Of a DNA stretch of 64,000 bases, positions 13,201-22,993 are shown one piece after another; the first letter of the stretch is position 1; the number at the start of each line of letters is the position of its first letter. Origin of the DNA: Antedon mediterranea (Eukaryota > Animalia > Echinodermata); the NCBI RefSeq assembly GCF_964355755.1, contig NC_092675.1:1483812-1547811 (forward strand). Reading direction: 5' to 3'. The translations under genes and the position numbers were made by a program. The notes below the pieces were generated by a model. The model was given only the letters and a program-made list of their open reading frames with translations, was not told where the DNA came from and did no database searches.

Positions 13201-15254
13201 TTCTTCTGTGATTTGTTAAACGAGTGAAATGCGTACACACATTGTCAAGTTATACATTTTAAATTGATAAAAATGTATGAAAATAGAAAACAGATAACCA
13301 CATTTATATAAATCGGAGATACATTTACATAAAAATCCATAAACAAGATAGGTGCTTTAGCTGAAGATCAAAAGGTTTATATAAAAATAGAAATACACAG
13401 AATTTTCAAAGAATATTCGCTTTCATTCAGATACTGCTGATGCACTGTCAACATTTGACCAAGACATTCTTTTTACATCCACTGCTGTGCTGCGGAAGAG
13501 TGACTTTTCTGTCAACCTTGAAGCTGATGACAACACTCTGCAGATTGCTAATGTAAGACTTAAGCTCTGTCTACGCTATGTGCCCAAATATGGTAGTAAT
13601 ATGACATCATCATGTCCATATATAGGCACATCATATTTTTTTGTCACATAAAGTTTGATGGTGTGACAGAGCTTTACTATTTTCAGAATAATTTAGGTTG
13701 CACTCAATCACATTCTTTTTTTATTCAATTGTAGTCACTTTATTGCATCATGTGTACTGTTATAAATTTGACAAGTAGTTAAAAATATTCAGAACATTTA
13801 ACATAAACAATTTATAAACACAGAAAAAGTAATTCCAAAATCTGCACGTAACCTTAGGTTGGAATCTGGGCAAGAGGTTTAGAAACCTTCCTTGGAGAAG
13901 ACACTGGAGAGGAAGCAGGTGCCGCTGCTGGATTGTCTGTCAAAATGATGGATGTTCAACTTCGACCTATGAGCTTTTCTATGACTATGAGTGACCTGAT
14001 GAGTCTTGTGTGGAGCATGGGTTCAGACAGTAGTATGACAGCCCTTCAAGGAATCATCTTACTTCAGGATCATTTTGAGGTATAGTGTAAAACCATGCTT
14101 ATACTCTATATATAGTTAGGAAGCTTTCAATTTTTGACAACCCAGAACCTACTGTATGCCAATATATCAATTGTTGTCACCTGACCTACAATCCTACAAA
14201 ATAGTGTTGGAAGAATAGCATGAGGAATCATATTCATGTCCCCACTGGCACACGTTGAATTAACGTGATGTAACTAGAATATATAGTGATGACAACTGTG
14301 TATTTAACCATCTCAATAAATCCTGTTTCAGACCATCCGCTTACAATCTGGATTTGGCGTTGAGGTTGCAGTACAAGGAACAGTATCTCTTAAACTTAGT
14401 GGAGGGCTTGATTTCAGTCTGTGGGAAAGATCTTCTACAACTTCCATTTATAACAAGTATGTAAAAGTGTTAATTAATAATTAATTAATATTTCGAACAT
14501 ATAGCATTATGATCGTCGGCACAGTTATCGCATCAAACTACCGTGAGAGATTCATGGAATCTATTCTTTAAACTTTTACATCAGCAAACCTTATGTGAAG
14601 TCAGTTTTAGAAAAGTGCCCAATTGGATACAAAAGAGTTTTCTCTTTTTATTTTCAGTGGTGCAATGGCAGTCCGAGGATCTCTGAAAGTTGACACAGGA
14701 TTCCTTAAAACTGGAATGGAATATTCTGCTGACGCCGATGGCAGTATCACCTTTATAACTACAGTACTATTCGCAGAATTGCCAGCCAAGTTCTGTATGC
14801 AAATGATGCAGGAACCCTTGCTATTTAGGTAAGAATTTGCATTAAATGCATGTATTATTGCTGTATCCTATTTGTTAATGCTTGGCATTGCAACTATGGC
14901 ATTCAATACAGACCTAAATCTCCACGGTTTCTCCTGAATTTCCTGACTTCACAAATTTGTGTTTACTATTTCAAATTAAGGAAGAAGGGGTTTGTTTACA
15001 ATTGTACTAAACAGATGTGTGGTATTTCCAATCTATCTTTTCAACATAGTTTAACTTTTTCATTTTAATTGATGTTTTTCAGACATAGAGTTTATAAATA
15101 TGAGGAGCTAATGGGCTCCACAACTAAATTTAGCGTGGCAGTTAAGAGGAATACTCTCGCACCACCCCAGTCTTTCAAACTATACAAGCAGAACTCAATT
15201 CAATGTGATCAAATGCTGGGACAGGAGGAGGAAGAAAGTGATTCATGGTGGTAA
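7272..15254 (+). CDS. MTTP: Microsomal triglyceride transfer protein large subunit (LLTP superfamily), 891 aa
   Basis: 16 coding exons: 7272-7320, 7886-8079, 8304-8537, 8922-9187, 9962-10112, 10307-10467, 10919-11087, 11496-11609, 11941-12153, 12648-12862, 13007-13104, 13431-13552, 13858-14079, 14332-14456, 14658-14828, 15083-15254 (2676 nt). Signal peptide MKMQLTLLAFCFILSTC; motifs YKYSYETE, ETDASGECRVTY, PQLMDILAATQT, ARGLETFLG, LQSGFG, FCMQM; C-terminal DSWW. Confidence 0.93.
8615..8805 (+). mobile_element. Degenerate tRNA-derived SINE (second copy at ~40990-41190)
   Basis: B-box-like GAGTTCAATCC. The body (TAAGCCTCAAAT.AGACTT...AATTATAAAATAGTTTATCCAT) is shared with 40990-41190 and ends in an A-rich tail. 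Confidence 0.6.
11235..11372 (-). mobile_element. Non-LTR retroelement 3' end with (AAAC)n tail; inverted partner at 30960-31103
   Basis: The two segments are near-identical as reverse complements (ATTTTCCACACATTGAACAAAA...CAATGTGTGAAAGGAGA...TTACTTTAAGCATT). Confidence 0.6.
11638..11700 (+). mobile_element. SINE fragment resembling the Deu domain
   Basis: TTCTTCAGATGAGGAGTAAAGCCGTTGGTCCTG resembles the Deu-domain core as I recall it (CTTCGGATGAGACGTAAAACCGAGGTCCTG); not database-checked. Confidence 0.4.
13563..13673. mobile_element. MITE family A, internally deleted copy
   Basis: AGCTCTGTCTAC...GACAGAGCT with TTA target-site duplication on both sides; starts 10 nt into an MTTP intron. Confidence 0.8.
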
Positions 15255-17209
15255 ATGAAAACCAGTTTACACTACTTTGGTTTTGGTTTTTAAACTTTTG
15301 TTCAAGATTTCATGTGATTTTTGTTTGTTTTTTGTCTGTATGAATCAGAATGTATACATACCGATACCAAGGGGCAGTATCCCAATGTAATATTGGGAGT
15401 TTTGATATAGCGCAAAGAAATTGTGACTATTACGAAGATGAAATACAATGAAATTTCATTGAGATTCATGGTGAAGGCTACTGTAACAGTAATAATATTA
15501 TATACTTTCTTTTCACACGGAAACAGTTGAATCACCCAAGGGTGTTTTTCATCAAGGCCAAACATAAGTACTGAAAATTAGCAAAACGAATAAAAGAGAA
15601 AAAATAAACATAAAGGATAAACCCTGCCGGACACCAACCCGGTATTTTTAAACAATGTTTTGGGATATTAAACAATTAAAACAAGATTTATGTAGTTAAG
15701 GTTATTCCAAGCTTACTGCCATGAAATGACTATTTTGCTTTAGGAATATTGAAATTTCTACTAGATGTCTTAAATTAAAAGCCTAAGACAACTTTGATAT
15801 AAGGGTAACCTATAGCTATTATATAAATGGCAAATGAGGGTTATGTAATAATACATATATAATAAATAAAGGGATGGCATAATGAAGGAGATACTCAATT
15901 AGGGTGAAACACGTGTCTTCCCAATTCATCTTACGCTGGTACTGTATTTATTAAATATATACCTTTTCTATATGAAATCGTTTGAAATATATGGTTCAAA
16001 AATATATTATAAAGTAATGCTAAACATTTACTTTCTTAGTCCAATACTTTACTGGTAGTAAAGTATAAGCCCATATCCCAAATAATGCGCACTCATTTTC
16101 TACATCTAACCCTCTGGGTTGTAGTCTAGTAGTAGTTCACCCATCAAACTTGACTCAATTCTAGAATGGTAGGATAATCAAGTAGTAATGTTAGATTTAT
16201 GGAATTCAAATATTTAAGTATTTCAGATTATTTTTTTGTTTTGAATGGGTGAAAAAATGAACATTCCATTCTTGTTTGTTGAATAATTACTATTTGATAC
16301 TGATTTCAATAAACATTGACAATTTTAAAATAAAAATATAGATATATATATATTTAGATAAGTTAGTTCGCTTTATAGGAATATTTAGGTTAATACTGAT
16401 CAGCAACTTTGACTTTAAATGATGAAATTTAAATTTAACATCAAAGTGCCATCGAAGTATTATGCTTGATTTGTAGGCTAGAGCTGTATAGTTGAGAAAA
16501 AACACTCCAGTGGATCTTTATGCAAAACACAATGCTAATAAAATGCCCCTCAAATTCTATCCCACCAATAGCAGTATTGAAATTGCATGTTTGGCTGTTC
16601 AAAAGTACACTTAAAATGTTTATGTTTGCATGTTCTAGCATTAACCACAACCTACTGTACTGTGTTTTATATCTTTTAGTTTTAAAAAAGATATAGTTTA
16701 ACGACAAGTGTACTTTAGAGCTATCACAAAGTTTATTTTCAGTATTGGCTTTATTATTAAAATACCACAATGCACTAATGCAGCTCTGTGAGGTCAAAAA
16801 TGATTTTCCAGGTTGCAAATAAAGATTACGTAAAATTAAAAGATATTAAAACTTTCGTAAAAGCTATGTATAATATTGTTTAGAACAAAGTAGAGTTGCT
16901 ATGCAAAGTAAAAGAACTAAAATCAATGACAATTATGCAATAAAACAATTTAAAATAAAATGAATGAATTAATGTTTTTGATTTCCTTTTATTGTGGTTT
17001 TAATGTGTAATAAAGTGGTTAAATCAGACACTGGTGTTTGGAAAAGTTTTAGAACACATTTTTTGGAAGCCTGTATTTATTTTCCTTTACAGTATCATTA
17101 GGGCTGACTGTCATTATTTTATTATTTTTAGTCATTATATATTAATATATGTACAAGTTAATAAAAATCTAACTCCAAAGGCAAAATACTGAAAAAATGA
17201 CAATGCTGT

Positions 17210-17345
17210 TTATATGAGTGGCTGGATCTCAATGGAGATACAAAAAAAATAAGCGAAAAGCTAAATCAAAACGATAAAGTAAATCAGCCAGAAAAGTTAG
17301 CAGAGCTTTCAGGTAACATTAGCCCTTCATCAGTGCAAGTCTAAA
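17210..17345 (-). mobile_element. Penelope-like element terminal remnant carrying a minimal hammerhead-ribozyme-like motif
   Basis: The minus strand reads TTGCA-CTGATGA-AGGGCTAATGTTACCT-GAAA-GCTC-TGCTAA. The downstream TTTGTATCTCCATTGAGATCCAGCCACT is repeated at ~29490-29520. Confidence 0.5.
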
Positions 17346-17592
17346 ACATTTAATAAAAATCTATTGAGATTTTACTTCACATAATTGAACATTCACAGAC
17401 AACTTGCTCTAATAGGATCTGTTCCACAATGTCCATTTCACCTGAATACCTTGCCAGACAGCTGTAGCTAGCCTATATGACATCTAGTAATTTCCTAATA
17501 CGTCTATGTGGAAATACACCATGTTAAAATCTGTGCGACAACCTTGTCATATAAATATACTTTTAAAAATATAATATTATGATGAATCTATT

Positions 17593-20500
17593 TTATTGCT
17601 TAAACTCTGCGTTGAATGCCCTTCCAATTATAAGTCTGCGGATTTCACTTGTACCAGCGCCAATTTCGTACAGCTTTGCATCACGTAACAAACGGCCAGT
17701 GGGGTAATCATTTATATATCCATTACCACCTGAAAATGAAGAATAATTATATTAAAACTATGACAGCTACTTGCCCCAGGGAGGTCAGCCTAAACCTATA
17801 TGTATGCAATAGCAAATCAACAGGACAAACTCCCTCTCTTAATTTTGGCTCCCAAATGTAAGGACGTAGACACAATGCAAGAAAGTTGACCAATGACAAC
17901 CGACCGTGAACATCATCAGTGATTGGTCAAATGAGACCCAAGCTTATACCCCTTTCACCTGCCAAACTATGGAGTACAACACACTGTATTCCCCCAGTAT
18001 GTGTAAACCACAGAGTTTTGCTAGGTGATGTGAATTATTATATTATAAATGATAATGATCAATGATTTTGTTTACCAATTGGCTTGCAAACTACATGACA
18101 CATTTAAAGCGCAATAAATATATCCTCCTTTCTGGTTTTCATTCTAAGCCAAACAATCGCACTTTTCTCTACACCTTCGCACACGATTGATTAAACACAA
18201 GTACACTCTTGACATTACAATGTACAATGAATCAATTCTGTTTGAGGCATTATTAGTAAAGAACATAACGGAGGGTGCCTTCACCCATGGTACATAATTT
18301 CATAAATCTAGGAAAATAATAATAATGTGTAATAGTAGTTCATAGTAGTACCTAGACACTGGATGGCGTCCAGGGCTACTTGCGTCGCATTCTCAGCAGC
18401 ATATAAGATAACACCAGCACAGTCTTTGCTGTTAACATGACCTCTGTCTACTGCCTTCGCCACATTGTAAACATATGACCGACACGCATTTAACCTGGTG
18501 TACATATCCGCCATTTTTCCTTGCATCAACTGTAGATTTCAGAGAAATAATTTTCAGATAATATTAAAGATTATTGCATTACATGGTAAAGAAGGATTAC
18601 AGGTAGTTTCAAGGAAGTGTTAAGTTAAAAAATTTGTCTTCTCTCATAACATGTCTCATGTACACGTTAAAGAATGCAGTACACTTTGGTAAAGATTAAG
18701 ATATCATCTCCCGGTGTACTGCCAATTCACCGCCATAAGAACCCCACCGGAAGCAGGTCTACGGGCTTAGTTGGTTGTATATGTAACACCAAATAACTAA
18801 CAAACAAACAAACTTACCTGGAAGTGTCCTATAGGTTGTTGAAAGGCTTTACGCTCATGTAAATAAGGGAAGGCTATATCCACACAAGCCTGCATTAATC
18901 TGAAACGTTATAAATAAATATTCAATATACATTTCAAAATCCAACTGATTGTTTTCTTGATAATTATTTTTTAAAAAGGTGTAAAAAATGGGAAAATTCA
19001 AACTCTATAATAATAGGTTGGTTACACTCACCCTAATGGTCCAGCAGCTAAAATTAGCCTCTCAATGTCCAGACCACTCATCAATACATATACTCCTTTG
19101 TTTATACCTCCTAATATATTTTCAGCTTTAAAAATAAAACACAAGTAAATTAGGATATAAACATACATTCTAGATCTTGAGAGAACTTTTAATTTGGTAA
19201 TTGAAGGTATATGGCAAATGTCTTTTAGTGGAAAAGAGCCCTCCAAGATGGCCGTGAAGTTTAGGCCTTGTCCTGGGGAGAGCATGCACTGTATCCTCCA
19301 TATTTTGATTAAAACATTCAAATAATCATTAAAAAGCATGGTTTTACCTGGAACTTGACAGTCTTCAAACACCAGTTCACATGTGTTTGAGCCTCTCATT
19401 CCTAACTTGTCTAGTTTCTGAGCTGTGCTGAAACCTTTCATTCCCTGTACAAAACAACAAACAAGCATGTGAAAACATGCATACATAGCGGGCGTGTAAA
19501 GTAAAAAGGGTGTTGTATAAACACAGCCTAAGTCTATCTACCCTGCAGCCAACATGCATACATAGCGGGCGTGTAAAGTAAAAAGGGTGTTGTATAAACA
19601 CAGCCTAAGTCTATCTACCCTGCAGCCAAATTTATATTTTTTTTAAATTGTTAGATTAATTGCCTATAGTTTATTTTAGTAGGTGTTTTAAAAGAGAGAT
19701 AACATTTACAGGTGTACATGCCATTGAATATAAACTGTTCTATTCAACTTCTTGGCATACACTATATACAAACTGTTCTATTCAACTTCTAGGCATACAC
19801 TGTATACAAACCTTCTCAATGATAAATGTTGTAATACCATGTGAGGCTTGGTCTGGTTCTGTCTTGGCATACACAACCAACACATCTGCATCAGGACCAT
19901 TTGTTATCCAAAACTTACTACCGTTGAGTATGTAATGATCACCTAAACAATAATAGTAAAGTAACTTAGTAAGTATTTCGTTATATTAGTTGATGATTCT
20001 GGGTGTTCTTCAAGGAGCATACTGTAATAAATTATACATCTTATATGAAATCTTATGTTTGTTTCTGTATATAATAATTTTTTTCTCTGAAAATGAATGT
20101 AGATGAAGGGCTCATCTTTTCTATTTATTTTTAATCCACAAGTTTATTGGTTCTGTACTTGTATTAAACTTATATATTGTATTAAGCTCTGTCTACACTA
20201 TCAAAACTTTTTGTGACAAGAAAATATGATGTGCCCATATATGGACACGATGACATCATATCACTATGTACTATATTTTGGCACAACACAGTTTTTTTAT
20301 CAAACTATTTTTATTGTGTGCATAGATAATATAAATTAACATTGTTAAGTGCTGTGTACTTATTAGGGTTGCATATGAATATAGTATAGTATTTATACCA
20401 TAGCCAACAATGAAGAACAGATGCCATAGTAAATTCAGAAGTTTAAAAAAAACAAACTAACCTTTCTTTTCAGCTTTTAACTTCATGGACACAACATCAG

Positions 20501-22739
20501 ACCCACTCCCTGCTTCACTCATGGCCAATGCTCCAATATGCTCTCCACTTATAAGCTTAAAATGTAAAGCAAACAAATATCAATACAAAACTCCAAATTA
20601 AAAATAACACAGCATTCAACCCCACTGGCAGCATTAATCTCTGCCTACACTATCAAACTAGTGTGCTGTGCCCAAATATGGTAGTGATATGCTCAAATAT
20701 GGTAGTGATATGCTCAAATATGGTAGTGATATCACATCATCATGTCCATATATGGGCACACCACATTTTTTGTCCATACCTTAGGTAAGTATTTTTGTTT
20801 TTGTTCTTCATTTCCATTCTTTACAATTTGGTTAATACATAGGTTTGAATGGGCACCATAGCTCAGTGAAATTGAAGCACTAGCTCGACTCATCTCTTCC
20901 AGAATGATACAATGATCAAGGTAGCCACCTCCAACACCACCATACTTTTCTGAAAAATAAAAATAATTTAAATCATCAAATAATTCATATAAATACAATA
21001 TATTACAATATTCCTTTATTCCTTTTGTCCCCCTACAAACATTTTTGTTTTCAATTTTTTTTTAATATACTGTACCATTTTAATGTCACATTTTAACTGT
21101 TACCAAATATTGGATCCAAAAAAAATATTTACCTGAAAAAACTGTAATTTAAAGCAAAAATAGTCAAATAGGCTGCCAGCCAATGGGTTTTATGTTGAAT
21201 TTAACTGTTTACTTTGTCATTTTAATAAGTGAAAACATTTTTTCGGAGTTTTTTCTACAGAAGTGATTAAATTTACATCTATACTAACAATACATACTAT
21301 ACATCTTTTAAATCATTCATATGAATATGTACAATATTCTTTTAGAATAAAAAAATGAATTCAAAAGAATCTTTAAATAATCATTACAAAATGATTAGCT
21401 TTACCAGGCACTGCAATTCCGTGAAAACCCATGTCACCTAGCTTTTTCCAAAATTCCTAAAATATAAAAATATAATGTATTAAATTCTAGTTTGAAGGAC
21501 AAAAACCAACAGTTTAAAAGCCATCTATGATTGTGTAAATAACATAGAAAACATTTTAAAACCTGAATTGTGCATTTAATTGTAAACAATGACTGTTTGA
21601 TAATGTTTAGCTCTGTCTAAAATATCAAACTCGTTTGACAAAACAAGTGCCCAAATATGGTAGTGATAATGGTATGCTTAAATATGGTAGTGATATGACA
21701 TCATGATGTCCACATATGGGCACATCACATCATGACAAAGCTTAAAGCTCTGTCTACACTATCAAACTTAATGTGACAAAAAAATGTTGATGATGTCATA
21801 TCAGTACCATATTTGGGCATACTGTATCACTCTTTTTTTGTCAAACTAGTTTGATAGTGTAAACAGAGCTTTAGTGTATGAATATTAACGTAGTATGCCT
21901 ACCCTTATTTGTTTGAATTCATTTGTTCTATCAATCTCATCTGCATATGGTGCAAGCTCTTCTTGAGCGAAGCGGAAAGCAGTTTGACGAAGCTGAAAGT
22001 GCACAAATATTATATAATCACCATTTTAATTGTTTTTATTATTTAATTTAATAAATTATGATTTTAAAATGATAAATCTATACATTAAGCTATCTTGCAA
22101 TTTTTACGACTGTTGTGAGAAGCAATCATAATTCGTCAATATATATGCAGCTGCCGTTAATTTTCTAACTGCAAGTATACATATCATGTAGAAATAAATA
22201 GAATAGACAAAGACACTATTATAACTTTAAAAAAAATGCATTAAAACGTTCAAGTTATTACTAGAATGCTTTTTATTTACTATTTATTTATATATAGGGT
22301 ACTGCTCTGCTTTTTTGCAATATTATTATAATAAATATTCATGGTGTTGTGTATTAATATAGTCAAGCACTACTATTCATTATTAAAACCTAGATTCTAA
22401 AAACCACACTCTCAAGCTCTCAATAGCAGGCAGGACTGCCACAAACATACAAATATCATTATAGTTCACTATAATATTTCTAGGCCTATGACACAATACG
22501 AGTACGACCTTCCTCACTCATTCCATCCCCGCTCGGTCCCACCTCTACCACCTGGACATAGCCATCTACCTAGCTAGGCCTATATATATGCCTACCTGTT
22601 TTTGGTCCTCCGTAAGACATGAAATTTCATCGTCAACTTCTACATGAGCAGAAAAAGATCGGAAACATTTTGAAGCACAGCTCTTATAGCTATTATTCAA
22701 CCAAATAGACCGAATAAAGTTATTTGCCCTTAATGCCAT
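17593..22739 (-). CDS. IVD: Isovaleryl-CoA dehydrogenase, mitochondrial, 422 aa
   Basis: 11 exons: 22739-22596, 21992-21903, 21456-21405, 20949-20780, 20555-20462, 19942-19812, 19444-19348, 19125-19032, 18899-18818, 18529-18352, 17729-17593 (1269 nt). Motifs [55 protein letters not shown], the IVD-type catalytic Glu in GLDIERL, and [12 protein letters not shown]. Arg/Ser-rich mitochondrial presequence. Confidence 0.96.
18650..18813 (+). mobile_element. SINE 3' half (Deu-domain-like) with (CAAA)n tail
   Basis: CACGTTAAAGAATGCAGTACACTTTGGTAAAG...CCCGGTGTACTGCCAATTC resembles the recalled Deu-domain 3' half. It ends in AACAAACAAACAAAC, which abuts an IVD splice donor. Confidence 0.45.
19474..19629. 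repeat. Tandem duplication, 77 bp x2
   Basis: AACATGCATACATAGCGGGCGTG...CCCTGCAGCC occurs twice back to back in an IVD intron. Confidence 0.9.
19730..19811. repeat. Tandem repeat, 39 bp x2, at an IVD splice donor
   Basis: AAACTGTTCTATTCAACTTCT(T/A)GGCATACACT(A/G)TATAC occurs twice. Confidence 0.85.
20185..20325. mobile_element. MITE family A
   Basis: Left TIR AGCTCTGTCTACACTATCAAA intact, family core GTGCCCATATATGGAC, right TIR decayed. Confidence 0.75.
20636..20775. mobile_element. MITE family A, truncated, with three copies of the internal 20-bp subrepeat
   Basis: (CAAATATGGTAGTGATATGC/T) x3; the truncated end lies within ~6 nt of the IVD donor at 20779. Confidence 0.75.
21020..21272. 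repeat. Dispersed repeat; inverted copy at ~61485-61675
   Basis: Shared CCTGAAAAAACTGTAATTTAAAGCAAAAA and TTTTTCTAC.GAAGTGATTAA blocks. Confidence 0.65.
21609..21870. mobile_element. Two adjacent MITE family A copies (21609-21742 and 21746-21870)
   Basis: Two left TIRs AGCTCTGTCTA; the second copy is closed by GTTTGATAGTGTAAACAGAGCT followed by TTA. Confidence 0.8.
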
Positions 22740-22993
22740 CCTATTAAAATGTGAAATGTATAAATGTACAATAATTATTTGTTGTATAATTCTTTTCAGA
22801 GCATGAGAATTTCGACAGCGCCACCAATAATATCAGATCTATCTCTTCATTCAAGCATGAAGTTCAAGTGGTGGGTTGACCAGTGACTGTCTCAGTTTAC
22901 TAAGTACGTTCTCTGGACAAGAAGTCTTTTATCAGTAACTGTGTGATCCTACTGTGTTTCTGCTCCTCTTTAGGTAGTTAAAACAAAAACAAG
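22740..22993. promoter_or_regulatory. Compact bidirectional promoter region of IVD (-) and CRIP1 (+)
   Basis: Only 254 bp separate the two start codons; CCAAT lies within CAGCGCCACCAAT at ~22816-22828. Confidence 0.7.

Noticed and set aside
15255-17592. Overlapping antisense 3' UTRs of the convergent MTTP and IVD genes
   Set aside because: Candidate poly(A) signals exist for each gene well before any overlap (AATAAA on + at ~15588; on - at ~17118), so overlap is unsupported without transcript data.
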